Made by a program: the position numbers and the translations under genes
The notes under the pieces: generated by a model
Seen by the model: only the letters and a program-made list of their open reading frames with translations
Database searches by the model: none
Told to the model about the DNA's origin: nothing
From: Smithellaceae bacterium
GTDB taxonomy: Bacteria; Desulfobacterota; Syntrophia; Syntrophales; Smithellaceae
Direction: 5' to 3'
NCBI GenBank assembly: GCA_963667845.2
Contig: CAXXVL010000002.1
Coordinates: 672,001-736,000, forward strand
Length of the DNA stretch: 64,000 bases
Part shown: positions 1 through 9,990 of the stretch, piece by piece
Position numbering within the stretch: the stretch's first letter is position 1
How the letters are laid out: each line of letters begins with the position of its first letter

Positions 1-1
1 T

Positions 2-934
2 GAATGCGCCCCATTGATCGCCCACTACCCGGATATCCGCAAGGTATGGGTGTATGACCGCGAACAGGCCAAAAAGAGCTTTTTTTCGGCGATTGCCTAC
101 CACCTGCCGCTGATCAGGACTTTAAGGCGGGAAAAGTATGACATCGTCATCGCCCTGACCCAGGGCGACAGGGCGTTTTTCCTGTCGCGCGCTACCGGCG
201 CACCCCTGCGTCTCAGCTATAATATCAATACCCTGCTGACCAGGATGATGAATGCCTTTTCAGTTCAACGAGCCGATCGCCGGCATTTCGTGGAAATTGA
301 TGTGGATACCCTGAGTTATTTGGGAATAGAGAACCGTGATATCCAATTGATGATTCCTATCCCGCAGGATATTCGCGTGAAAATCAGAAGCGAGCTGTCG
401 TTGGGAACGGCTGCGGATGGATTAAGGGTGGCGATTCACCCCGGTGCAAGAAAGAAAATGAGACAGTGGAAACCAGAACGTTTTGCGCAAATTGCTTCCC
501 GGCTGCATGAACAGTACGGAGCTTCCATTATTCTTCTGGGCGGTCCCGGAGAAGACCAGCTGCTCAATGCCATTGAAAGCAGGATGGGTTTTCCCGCCGT
601 CTTGAAGTCCTGCAATCTCGCGCTCATCGATATGGCCGCTGTTTTCAGCGAATGTCAGCTCTTTATCGGTAATGATTCGGGACCGGGGCACATTGCGGCA
701 GCCGTGGGCTGCCCCACTTTAAGTCTTTTCGGGCCAAACTATCCGAAAATTTGCCGGCCTTATATTGCATCGGGTGAAGTGATCTTTAAGAACCTGGACT
801 GCTGCGGCTGCCGCCAGGAAGAGCATTTATGCGTCCGGCCTGACAACACCTGCATGGATCTGATTGAGGTTGATGAAGTCTGGCTTAAAATAAAAATGAT
901 GCTTTCCAAAGAGCAGAGCCAAATTAATGGATAA
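2..934 (+). CDS. Glycosyltransferase family 9 (heptosyltransferase-like), 5'-truncated by window edge
   Basis: HPGA..(K)xW, FIGNDSGPGHIAAAVG and LFGP motifs of GT9; frame is open from the window start. Confidence 0.9.
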   Translation, partial: ECAPLIAHYPDIRKVWVYDREQAKKSFFSAIAYHLPLIRTLRREKYDIVIALTQGDRAFFLSRATGAPLRLSYNINTLLTRMMNAFSVQRADRRHFVEIDVDTLSYLGIENRDIQLMIPIPQDIRVKIRSELSLGTAADGLRVAIHPGARKKMRQWKPERFAQIASRLHEQYGASIILLGGPGEDQLLNAIESRMGFPAVLKSCNLALIDMAAVFSECQLFIGNDSGPGHIAAAVGCPTLSLFGPNYPKICRPYIASGEVIFKNLDCCGCRQEEHLCVRPDNTCMDLIEVDEVWLKIKMMLSKEQSQING

Positions 935-1922
935 TATTACCGTAAGAATCGTGCAGGACTATGAAGGACCCGATCTGATGCGCCAGACCCCCGGGGAAGA
1001 CGGGATCTGGGATGGCATTCGATTTACGTACGACCCAATCTCGGAATGCGATTTCATGATCGTCCTGCGCAGCCAGATGCGTCATCCCATTTCTGTCATC
1101 TGCCCGCCGGAAAATATCTGGACGATCGTCCAGGACCCCTATGTTCCCGGTTTCAATGACTGGCTGGTGGAAGGGTATGAGCAGTTTTCCCGCATTTATA
1201 CGCAAATCCCCCGGGCCGGCGACAGCCGGTACGTCAAGTCTCAGCCCGCCCTTCCCTGGTATGTGAACCGAAGTTACGAAGAACTCCGGACGATGTTGCC
1301 GCCCCGAAAGAGCAAATCTCTTTCCTGGGTCCTCGGCAACCAGATGGAAATTCCGGGGCACTTCAACCGACTGGTCTTTTTGGATCATCTTAAAAAGCAG
1401 GGAAACCTTACCGTGGATCTTTTTGGCCGGGCGAATCAGTACGTGGCCGACAAGGCCGAGGGATTGATTCCCTACCAATACTCCCTGGCCGTTGAAAACA
1501 GCAGCTTGGCCGATTACTGGACGGAAAAGATAGCCGATTGTTTTCTGTGCTGGACCGTTCCCATCTATTACGGCTGCACAAATCTGGAGGACTATTTCCC
1601 CGCAGAAGCTTTTATCAGGATTGATATTACCCGCCCCGATGAGGCCCTGGCCCGCATCCGGGAGGCCTTGAGCCATGACAGTTGGGAGAAAAGACTGCCG
1701 GCTTTAGAAGAAGCCCGGCATTTATTGTTGGACAAACATCAGTTTTTCCCTTACTTTTCCAAGATCATCAGAAAAGAAGTCGAGAGCGGTCCGAAGGCGA
1801 AGGTAAAGGTAAACATACCGGTTTACAGGAGAAGCCTCGCAAGCAGGATTCAACGCCTGATTTATAAACAGAAAAGAACATTTTGGAGGTTGCACTACAG
1901 ATATGTTCAAAAATGCCTATAA
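927..1922 (+). CDS. Glycosyltransferase family 10 (fucosyltransferase-like)
   Basis: YSLAVENS...DYWTEKIADCF...VPIYYG GT10 motif. Confidence 0.8.
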   Translation: MDNITVRIVQDYEGPDLMRQTPGEDGIWDGIRFTYDPISECDFMIVLRSQMRHPISVICPPENIWTIVQDPYVPGFNDWLVEGYEQFSRIYTQIPRAGDSRYVKSQPALPWYVNRSYEELRTMLPPRKSKSLSWVLGNQMEIPGHFNRLVFLDHLKKQGNLTVDLFGRANQYVADKAEGLIPYQYSLAVENSSLADYWTEKIADCFLCWTVPIYYGCTNLEDYFPAEAFIRIDITRPDEALARIREALSHDSWEKRLPALEEARHLLLDKHQFFPYFSKIIRKEVESGPKAKVKVNIPVYRRSLASRIQRLIYKQKRTFWRLHYRYVQKCL

Positions 1923-3009
1923 AAGGAAAAAGGTCCTGATTACAGGGCATACGGGTTTCAAGGGTTCCTGGCTGGCCGTCTGGCTCAGGGAGTTGGGTGC
2001 GAACGTGACCGGATATTCCCTGGCGCCGCCGAGTGTGCCCAGCAATTTTTCCGCCTGCCGGCTGCAGGATAAGATCACGCATATCGAGGGAGATATCCGT
2101 GATCTGGAAAACCTGCAGCGTGTCTTTGACAAACATCAACCGGAATTCGTCTTTCACCTGGCCGCCCAAGCTCTGGTCAGGACATCCTACCTGGACCCCA
2201 AGTTGACCTTTGATACGAATATCGGCGGCACCGTTAACATTCTGGAGGCGGCAAGAATGACTCCTTCGGTCCGGGTCCTCATCAATATCACCAGTGACAA
2301 GTGCTACGAGAACCGCGAGTGGGCCTGGGGTTACCGGGAAAATGACCCGTTGGGAGGACACGATCCCTACAGCGCCTCCAAAGGGGGAGCTGAAGTGGTT
2401 TTTTCCGCCTACCTGAAATCATTCTTCAGGAAGGAAGCAGGCTACAGAGAAATCGGTGCGGCTTCAGTCCGGGCGGGCAATGTCATCGGCGGAGGGGACT
2501 GGGGAACAGACCGTCTCATTCCCGATTGTATCAGGGCGTTGACCGGCGCAAAAACCATAGAGCTCAGAAATCCAAATGCGATCCGGCCCTGGCAGCATGT
2601 TCTGGAGCCCTTAAGCGGCTACCTGCTTCTGGGCGCCATGCTCGACACGACACCTGCCGCCTTCAGCGGCGCCTGGAACTTCGGTCCGTCCGGACGGGAT
2701 CATCTCACCGTGGGACAAATCGCGGAAAAGCTCGTCGGTCTCTGGGGGTCGGGTGCCTGGATGGATGTTTCTTCAAAAAGCGCCGCCGTTCATGAGGCCC
2801 GTACGCTCAAGCTCTGCTGTGATAAGGCCCTGGCCGAACTGAACTGGCACAGCGCGCTCGGCATCGAACAGTGTCTGCAATACCTGACCCAGTGGTACAA
2901 ACTCTTTTACGAAAATGGACAAGCCGGGGACATGTATGATATTTGTCGGGCTCAGATCATGAGCTACGCAGACAGGGCAAAAGAACAGAAATTAGAATGG
3001 AGTTTTTAA
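1903..3009 (+). CDS. rfbG: CDP-glucose 4,6-dehydratase
   Basis: ITGHTGFKGSWL, TSDKCY, DPYSASK, RAGNVIGGGDW, RPWQHVLEPL. Confidence 0.95.
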   Translation: MFKNAYKRKKVLITGHTGFKGSWLAVWLRELGANVTGYSLAPPSVPSNFSACRLQDKITHIEGDIRDLENLQRVFDKHQPEFVFHLAAQALVRTSYLDPKLTFDTNIGGTVNILEAARMTPSVRVLINITSDKCYENREWAWGYRENDPLGGHDPYSASKGGAEVVFSAYLKSFFRKEAGYREIGAASVRAGNVIGGGDWGTDRLIPDCIRALTGAKTIELRNPNAIRPWQHVLEPLSGYLLLGAMLDTTPAAFSGAWNFGPSGRDHLTVGQIAEKLVGLWGSGAWMDVSSKSAAVHEARTLKLCCDKALAELNWHSALGIEQCLQYLTQWYKLFYENGQAGDMYDICRAQIMSYADRAKEQKLEWSF

Positions 3010-3016
3010 GGTTAAT

Positions 3017-4339
3017 ATGCCGAAAGCCGTTGAACTGAGAAAACAAATTTTGGAACTTGTCGGTCTTTACTGCCGGGAGAAATTCGGAAAAAAACCGTTT
3101 GATCCCGCGCGCGACCTTGTCCACTATGCCGGCCGGGTCTTCGATGAGGACGAACTTTGCAATCTTGTTGATGCGAGCCTGGATTTTTATCTCACGGCGA
3201 ACCGGTACGCCGAAATGTTTGAAACCGATTTCGCCGATTACCTTTCCACCGGCAACGCGCTGCTGGTTAACTCGGGTTCCTCGGCTAATCTTGTGGCCCT
3301 GACAACTCTTACATCATCGAAGTTAGGCAAGCGGCGTCTTGGGCCGGGTGACGAAGTGCTGACCGTTGCCGCCGCCTTTCCCACGACCGTTGCCCCCATA
3401 CTCCAAAACCGGTTGGTGCCCGTTTTTGTGGATGTCAACCTGGGGGACTACACGGCCATCCCGGAGCGTCTTGCTCAGGCGGTGGGACCGAAAACAAAGG
3501 CCATCATGATGGCCCATACCATGGGGGTCCCCTTCGACCTGGACGCCGTCATGGAACTGGTGAAGAAACACAATCTCTGGCTGATCGAAGATAACTGCGA
3601 CGCCCTGGGGTCCCTGTATCATGACCGGCTTACCGGAACGTTTGGCCATCTGGCGACCTTTTCTTTTTATCCCGCGCATCACATCACGATGGGCGAGGGC
3701 GGATGTGTCATTACAAATGATGACGACCTGGCCCGGATCGCACGGTCCGTGCGCGACTGGGGAAGGGATTGCTATTGTACGGGAGGAGAAAACAACACCT
3801 GCGGCAAACGCTTCGGTCAGCAGTCCGGCTCTCTCCCCTACGGCTATGATCACAAATACGTTTACAGCCACATCGGCTATAATTTGAAGGTCACGGATAT
3901 GCAGGCTGCCATCGGTTGCGCGCAGCTGAAGAAGCTTCCGGAATTCATTGCCGGACGGAAGGCGAACTTTCAGACGCTTAACGAAATACTCCACCCCTAT
4001 GAGGACCGGCTCCTCCTGCCCAAAGCCACAAAGCATTCCAATCCATCCTGGTTCGGTTACGTCATTACGGTTCGCGATAACGCCGGTTTCTCCCGCAACG
4101 ATCTGACGCGCTTTCTGGAAATGAACCGGGTCGAAACGCGAAACCTCTTCAGCGGAAACCTTTTACGTCATCCGGCTTTTACGGATATTTCCTGCCGTCT
4201 CGCCGGAGACCTGACCAATACCGATACGATCATGAACAGTACGTTCTTCATCGGCGTTTATCCCGGCCTGGATGAGCAGCGGCTGGCTCATGTTGCCTCT
4301 GTTTTCAAGCGTTTTATGAACGGAGAACGCCTTCAATAG
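3017..4339 (+). CDS. rfbH: CDP-4-keto-6-deoxyglucose 3-dehydrase (E1, DdhC/RfbH)
   Basis: NSGSSANL; FYPAHHITMGEGG with His in place of the Schiff-base Lys; DWGRDCYC...NTC Fe-S cysteines; YDHKY. Confidence 0.95.
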   Translation: MPKAVELRKQILELVGLYCREKFGKKPFDPARDLVHYAGRVFDEDELCNLVDASLDFYLTANRYAEMFETDFADYLSTGNALLVNSGSSANLVALTTLTSSKLGKRRLGPGDEVLTVAAAFPTTVAPILQNRLVPVFVDVNLGDYTAIPERLAQAVGPKTKAIMMAHTMGVPFDLDAVMELVKKHNLWLIEDNCDALGSLYHDRLTGTFGHLATFSFYPAHHITMGEGGCVITNDDDLARIARSVRDWGRDCYCTGGENNTCGKRFGQQSGSLPYGYDHKYVYSHIGYNLKVTDMQAAIGCAQLKKLPEFIAGRKANFQTLNEILHPYEDRLLLPKATKHSNPSWFGYVITVRDNAGFSRNDLTRFLEMNRVETRNLFSGNLLRHPAFTDISCRLAGDLTNTDTIMNSTFFIGVYPGLDEQRLAHVASVFKRFMNGERLQ

Positions 4340-4362
4340 ATAACGAGAAAGAAGGTTGCTCT

Positions 4363-5094
4363 ATGGCGGTCGCTCAAAAAATCCATTGCCGGGTGGAAAC
4401 CATCCTCGATCATGGGAACAGCGTCTACACGATTGTCCTCAGGCCCGAACGGCTGCTTCCCCGGTTCCGGCCCGGGCAGTTTCTTCACTTGGCGCTGGAT
4501 GAGTACGATCCCAGCGGCTTCTGGCCGGAGTCCCGCGTTTTTTCCATTGCCAGTTCCCCCGGCGAAAGAGAGCTGCTCACCCTTTCCTATTCGGTCCGGG
4601 GACGGTTTACTGCGCGCATGGAATCGGAACTCGTGTGCGGACGGCAGGTCTGGATCAAGCTTCCCTATGGTGATTTTATCATTGAAGGCACGAGGGACGT
4701 GGTTCTGCTGGCCGGCGGGACCGGCATCACCGCCTTCACGGCCTTCATCGGCGGTCTTACGCCGGAGTATGACCATAGTGTTTACCTGGCGTATGGAGCC
4801 CGCAGTGTCGATTTACACACCTATCGCGACCTCCTGAATCAGCAGGCCCGCAAGGTCCCCTCGCTGCATCTTTTTTATTTTGCAGAGGCGGGCACTCCGC
4901 AAGCGCCGGACGGTTCGGGGGACCGGTTGACAAGCGGATGCCTGTCTGTTAGTGCTCTTTGGCCATGGTTTACGGATCCCTTTGCGGCGGATTATTATAT
5001 TTCGGGACCGCCGGCAATGCTTAAAGGATTATCGGAAGAACTGATCAGCAGAGGCATCAAACCTGAAGCCGTCAGGATCGATGCCTGGGAATAA
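4363..5094 (+). CDS. FNR-family FAD/NAD(P)H oxidoreductase, probable E3 (DdhD/RfbI-like) reductase lacking the 2Fe-2S domain
   Basis: F.PGQF, RVFSIAS, PYGDF, AGGTGITAF, YISGPPAM; located inside the ddh/rfb cluster. Confidence 0.75.
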   Translation: MAVAQKIHCRVETILDHGNSVYTIVLRPERLLPRFRPGQFLHLALDEYDPSGFWPESRVFSIASSPGERELLTLSYSVRGRFTARMESELVCGRQVWIKLPYGDFIIEGTRDVVLLAGGTGITAFTAFIGGLTPEYDHSVYLAYGARSVDLHTYRDLLNQQARKVPSLHLFYFAEAGTPQAPDGSGDRLTSGCLSVSALWPWFTDPFAADYYISGPPAMLKGLSEELISRGIKPEAVRIDAWE

Positions 5095-5119
5095 AATGAA
5101 AAATGATGAAGGAGCCTTT

Positions 5120-5899
5120 ATGAAGGGAAACATCCCTGTTGTCATTCTTTGCGGCGGCATGGGCACGCGGCTGCGTGAAGAAACGGAGTTCAAACCCAAG
5201 CCCATGGTCGAGGTGGGCGGTAAACCCATCGTCTGGCATATCATGAAAATATATGCCCACTATGGCTTCCGTCGTTTCATTCTTTGTCTGGGGTACAAGG
5301 GCGGCATCATCAAGGATTATTTTTTGAACTACGAAGCCATGAGCAATGATTTCACCGTCAACCTGGGAAAAAAGAACAGCATCTCCTTCCAGAGCAACCA
5401 TGCGGAGCAGGACTTCGAAATCACCCTCGTGGATACGGGATTGCATACGATGACCGGCGGCAGAATAAAGCGCATCGAGCCCTATATCGATTCGGAGTCT
5501 TTCATGGTCACTTACGGTGACGGTCTGGCCGATATCAATTTGGAAAACCTGATCTCCTTCCATTCCTCCCATGGAAAGATCGCCACGCTGACAGCCACCA
5601 GAGCCCCGTCGCGATACGGAATCCTCGACCTGTCGGATGGCGGCTCGGTCAGGAGTTTCCGCGAAAAAGTCCAGGCGGAGTGGATCAACGGCGGTTTTTT
5701 TGTCTTCAATCGGGACATCTTCCGCTATCTTGATCCGGACTGCATCCTGGAACGCGCGCCCATGGAAAAGCTCGCCGCCGACGATCAATTAATGGCTTTC
5801 CGGCACAACGGCTTCTGGATCGGCATGGACACCTACAGGGAATACGAGATGCTCAACCAGATGTGGGACTCTCAAAACGCACCATGGAAAGTATGGTAG
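5120..5899 (+). CDS. rfbF: Glucose-1-phosphate cytidylyltransferase
   Basis: VILCGGMGTRLREET, PKPMVEVG, TMTGGRIK, TYGDGL, WINGGFF; start moved to ATG 5120 after AAGGAG. Confidence 0.95.
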   Translation: MKGNIPVVILCGGMGTRLREETEFKPKPMVEVGGKPIVWHIMKIYAHYGFRRFILCLGYKGGIIKDYFLNYEAMSNDFTVNLGKKNSISFQSNHAEQDFEITLVDTGLHTMTGGRIKRIEPYIDSESFMVTYGDGLADINLENLISFHSSHGKIATLTATRAPSRYGILDLSDGGSVRSFREKVQAEWINGGFFVFNRDIFRYLDPDCILERAPMEKLAADDQLMAFRHNGFWIGMDTYREYEMLNQMWDSQNAPWKVW

Positions 5900-5906
5900 G
5901 TCGATC

Positions 5907-6827
5907 GTGAGAATTCTGCTGACAGGAGCCACTGGATTTTTCGGCAGTCATCTGCTGGAGGCGCTCCTCACCCAAAGTTATGACGTGGTGATTCTTAAAC
6001 GGTCATTTTCCGACACGTGGCGGATCAATCATTTGCTGGCGGATGTTGAGAGCTATGATGTTGACCATGTTTCACTGGAAACGCCGTTTCGGGAAAACAA
6101 AATTAACGTGGTGATTCATACTGCCACTGATTACGGCCGTAATGATGATGCCGCGTCAAAAATCGTGGACACCAATCTGCTTTTCCCTTTGAGACTACTG
6201 GAGTTGTCCTCCCTTTTTAAGGCCGACGTCTTCCTCAATACGGACACGTTCTTTAATACAGACACGTTATGCTACAAGTACCTGAACAATTATGCTCTTT
6301 CCAAAAAACATTTCGCGGAATGGCTGAAGTCATTTTGTGAATGCGAAAAGATCAGGGGAATCAACTTGAGAATTGAGCATATGTACGGGCCGCGGGACCA
6401 TCAGAACAAATTCGTGAATTGGCTCTTAAAACAGCTGCTGAAAAATGTAGAGCAAATTCCCCTGACCCGGGGGGAGCAGATGCGTGATTTTATCTATGTT
6501 TCCGACGTGGTCAGCGCTTATCTGCTGTTGATCATGCATCAAGACCGGCTGCCCTTTTTCAGCCAGTTTGAAGTGGGCACGGGCCGGGCTGTAAGTATCA
6601 GGGACTTTGTATTAAAAATGAAGGAAGCCGTGTCTCGGGCTTCGGGCAAAGACATAACGACCCGGCTTGATTTTGGCGCACTCCCCTATCGTCTTGGGGA
6701 ACCAATGGAGTGCAAGGCGGATATTGCCGGACTTACGGAAATCGGGTGGGAACCAAAGGTTCCGATTGACAAAGGGATTGAAGAATTGATTCGGGAAGAG
6801 CTGCAGCAAAATCTTATTTGTCACTAA
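5907..6827 (+). CDS. NAD-dependent epimerase/reductase, CDP-abequose/paratose synthase-like (RfbJ/RfbS type)
   Basis: TGATGFFG, HTATDYGR, FLNTDTFF, YALSKK, RIEHMYGP; position after rfbG/H/F. Confidence 0.8.
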   Translation: MRILLTGATGFFGSHLLEALLTQSYDVVILKRSFSDTWRINHLLADVESYDVDHVSLETPFRENKINVVIHTATDYGRNDDAASKIVDTNLLFPLRLLELSSLFKADVFLNTDTFFNTDTLCYKYLNNYALSKKHFAEWLKSFCECEKIRGINLRIEHMYGPRDHQNKFVNWLLKQLLKNVEQIPLTRGEQMRDFIYVSDVVSAYLLLIMHQDRLPFFSQFEVGTGRAVSIRDFVLKMKEAVSRASGKDITTRLDFGALPYRLGEPMECKADIAGLTEIGWEPKVPIDKGIEELIREELQQNLICH

Positions 6828-7030
6828 ACGTCTCTTGTCTAGCGGTGATTTCATTCGGGATGGGCTGACAGGGAACCTGACGCATGCGTCGCGAGGAATG
6901 GAAACTTATCGTTCCCTCTTCCGGAGAATAGATTCCGCCATACGGCTTTGAACAGCGAGAGCACGGCGGCACAGAAACGATTGGCCGGCGCCGCAGCTTT
7001 CGCAAAGGCAATGAAAGAGAGGGAGCAAAC

Positions 7031-7858
7031 ATGTCCATTAGTGCATACATTCCCGTCTATAATGAAGAGCATCGCATCGAAGCGGCGCTCCGCTGCGCGA
7101 CGTGGTGCGACGAGATTATTGTGGTCGATAAGCAGAGCACCGATAAAACCAGGGAAATTGTCGGCAAATATACTGATAAGATATTCATCATGGAGAATCG
7201 GGAGTACGACCCGTATGAGTTCCAGATATTACTGGACAACGCAACGTGTGAGTGGATTATTTTTCTTACAGCCAGCGATGTCGTCCATCCGCAACTTGCG
7301 CGGCAGATCCGTGAACTGACTGAACGCAAAGATTTCCCCTATGACATTATCCGCGTGCCGTTTCGGCGTTACGTCCTGGGAATGGAATCGCCCCGCTCCC
7401 CCTGGTACAGTGACCTTCACCCCGCTGTATTTCGCAGAAGTATCGCCAGGGTGAAATACGATGATGTGCATGGGGCTCTGGCTTTCGATTCGAAACGTGA
7501 ATACAAAATGGAAAACTCACAGGAGGCCTGTCTCTATCATCTGACCCATGAAACGGTGGATATCATGATGGAACGCCATATGCGTTATTGCCGGGCAGAG
7601 AGCAGATTATTCAGCAAAGACATTTCTTTGCGCAGTATTTTCAAATCGGTTATCGATGCGGCGTATCGCACCTTTTTAAAACGGAAGACTTTTCTGCTGG
7701 GATGGAACGGGATAGCCCTTTCACTGGCCTATGTCAGTTACTTTATGCTGCGCTTCATCTACATCTGGGAAGACCGCAATTCCAAGGCCTCGGAAACCTA
7801 TGGAGAGATCAGGGAGACCATCCTTAAGGCATGGTCCCGAAATAATGCAAAGTCCTGA
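7031..7858 (+). CDS. Glycosyltransferase family 2
   Basis: IPVYNEE...IIVVD..STDKT GT2 N-terminus. Confidence 0.85.
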   Translation: MSISAYIPVYNEEHRIEAALRCATWCDEIIVVDKQSTDKTREIVGKYTDKIFIMENREYDPYEFQILLDNATCEWIIFLTASDVVHPQLARQIRELTERKDFPYDIIRVPFRRYVLGMESPRSPWYSDLHPAVFRRSIARVKYDDVHGALAFDSKREYKMENSQEACLYHLTHETVDIMMERHMRYCRAESRLFSKDISLRSIFKSVIDAAYRTFLKRKTFLLGWNGIALSLAYVSYFMLRFIYIWEDRNSKASETYGEIRETILKAWSRNNAKS

Positions 7859-7868
7859 AAGGCAGAAC

Positions 7869-8681
7869 ATGCTTTTAACGCCTGATCAGATCGGCATCAT
7901 CATTTCCGTCTATAAAATTTCTCCGTCGCGCGAAGAGGAAATTTCCATTCGCAGAGCTTTCGAAATATTGAACCGATACAGGTTTTTCTTTGTAGCCCCC
8001 CAAAGCCTTGACCTGGTCAACTATAAAGAATTTTTTACACCGTCCACAAACGTCGTCAGGTTTAGTGACCGTTATTTCGGCGACGGCCTGGAAGGTTATA
8101 ACCAGTTGATGCTCAGCAAAGAATTTTACGCTGAATTTTCGTCGTGCCGATACATCCTCATTTACCATCCCGATGCTTATGTGTTTCGGGATGATTTGAT
8201 TAAATGGTGCGGGGCCGGGTATGACTACATCGGGGCGCCATGGACGGAAGATAAGAATGGCAAAACACAACTCAATGGTGTAGGAAACGGGGGATTCTCT
8301 TTGAGAAAAATAGAAAGTTTTCTCCGCGTTTTTGATGCCTGCGACATAAAGACTGTTTCGCAAACGCACGGAATAAAGCAAAGAATTCATAAATTATTAA
8401 ACAAAATAATTCGCTGGCGAATAAGACTGCTGCGCGCTACTGGAAACAGGAAAGCCGTCTTTTATCGACCGCTGACCTTCAATGAAGACGGTTTCTGGGG
8501 ACTGTCCGCACCCGCAATAACGACGGGATTTAAAACGGCGCCGCAAGAAACAGCTCTGGCGTTTTCGTTTGATACCAATCCTGATGTCCTGTACCGGATG
8601 AATCAGCAACAACTGCCTTTCGGATGTCACTCCTGGGCAAGACTAAACCCCGCATTTTGGCGGGAACATATAAATTTTTGA
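7869..8681 (+). CDS. DUF5672-family protein (glycan-locus associated)
   Basis: YDYIGAPW, VGNGGFSLRK, NEDxF, PFGCHSW; start uncertain (7845 or 7869). Confidence 0.75.
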   Translation: MLLTPDQIGIIISVYKISPSREEEISIRRAFEILNRYRFFFVAPQSLDLVNYKEFFTPSTNVVRFSDRYFGDGLEGYNQLMLSKEFYAEFSSCRYILIYHPDAYVFRDDLIKWCGAGYDYIGAPWTEDKNGKTQLNGVGNGGFSLRKIESFLRVFDACDIKTVSQTHGIKQRIHKLLNKIIRWRIRLLRATGNRKAVFYRPLTFNEDGFWGLSAPAITTGFKTAPQETALAFSFDTNPDVLYRMNQQQLPFGCHSWARLNPAFWREHINF

Positions 8682-8841
8682 AATAAGCCCAGCGCAGGCT
8701 CCGATAAAAAAGTCGCAGCAATGTTCATTTTATGCTGCGGCTCATCCAAAAAATGGCGAATTTCTTTTCTGACATGGCCGCGCGTATCCGGAATAGGAAT
8801 GCCTGTCGAGAAGATTGTCTGAAATGTGGTTCGGAAATTTA

Positions 8842-8903
8842 ATCAACAACCTCGCAGCAAGCTACAGAGAATTAACGCTCATCCCGCGTGAGCAGGATTA
8901 AAA
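8842..8903. repeat. Dispersed short repeat element, copy A
   Basis: 8853-8903 matches 17070-17120 at 45 of 51 positions by manual alignment. Confidence 0.8.
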
Positions 8904-8933
8904 GAATAAAAGAGTGGAAAGGATACGACCATC

Positions 8934-9965
8934 ATGCCCAGCTTAACCGATCCCGGGATCATTGACTCCTCATCCGTGCCAGCCTGTTACCTGTGTGGTT
9001 CGCAGGGAGTTCTCGAACAAGCGGATCTACCGGACCTGTTGGCCGGTACTCCCGGAAAATGGAATTTGCAGCGCTGCCCGAATCCGGATTGCGGCCTGGT
9101 CTGGCTGGACCCGATGCCAACGAAAGAAGATGTTTGGAAGGCTTACCGGATATATTTTACGCATCCTGACTTTATCCAGAAAACCGCGCAAAAGAACGGC
9201 CTATTGGACGACCTTCTTCTCAAAATTCACAAACCGCTCTTCAAACTGTTTCAATATGTCGTCGGCATGCGAAAAGCCGAGAAGACATTGCGAAAAAAGA
9301 TCGAGCTGATGTTCTTAGACACCGCACCTTCGCAGGGAATCCTCCTCGATGTCGGGTGCGGAAAGGGCGACCTCCTGGTGCGTCTGCGCAGACAAGGATG
9401 GACAGTGGAGGGCCTGGAAGTTGATACCGAAGCCGCGGAACTTGCTCGAACAGCCCACGGATTAGATGTCTATGTGGGCAGACTGGAGGATCAAAACTTT
9501 CCTGATGATCGCTACGATGTCATCACAATGAACCATGTCATTGAACATGTGCATGATCCCATCACACTCATACAGGAATGTCTCCGCGTATTGAAGCCGG
9601 GCGGCAAGCTCGTCCTGGCTACACCCAACATCAACAGCTTCGCATACAAAAAGCTCGGCAGGTTCTGGGCCCACCTGGATCCACCCCGCCATCTTCGTCT
9701 CTTCGCGAAAAAGACTCTGAAAGAATGCGCCCTAAAGGCCGGAGGCCGGCATGTTGATACCTGGTGTGTTCCGGTATATGATGAAGGTGGAATAATTCGA
9801 ATCAGTATTGATCGGCGGGATGAGGCTTCCGGGAAAAAGAGCTGGGCTTTTTCCCGTTGGCTTGCGACCTCATGCATAAAGGTTCGTGCATACTATCGCT
9901 TCTTTGTAAAGAAGGATGACGAAGCCGGCGATGAAATATTCTTAATAGCTAAAAAAGACGAGTAG
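8934..9965 (+). CDS. Class I SAM-dependent methyltransferase with N-terminal Cys (Zn) motif
   Basis: CYLCG...C..C.L; LLDVGCGKG; HVIEH; LKPGG; TPN; PPRH. Confidence 0.9.
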   Translation: MPSLTDPGIIDSSSVPACYLCGSQGVLEQADLPDLLAGTPGKWNLQRCPNPDCGLVWLDPMPTKEDVWKAYRIYFTHPDFIQKTAQKNGLLDDLLLKIHKPLFKLFQYVVGMRKAEKTLRKKIELMFLDTAPSQGILLDVGCGKGDLLVRLRRQGWTVEGLEVDTEAAELARTAHGLDVYVGRLEDQNFPDDRYDVITMNHVIEHVHDPITLIQECLRVLKPGGKLVLATPNINSFAYKKLGRFWAHLDPPRHLRLFAKKTLKECALKAGGRHVDTWCVPVYDEGGIIRISIDRRDEASGKKSWAFSRWLATSCIKVRAYYRFFVKKDDEAGDEIFLIAKKDE

Positions 9966-9990
9966 CCGAAGAGCTTGCCGGGTTATAGAC

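Noticed and set aside
6828..7030. Riboswitch or ncRNA in the 200-bp gap inside the glycan operon
   Set aside because: Only short palindromes (GACGCATGCGTC) and no recognisable motif
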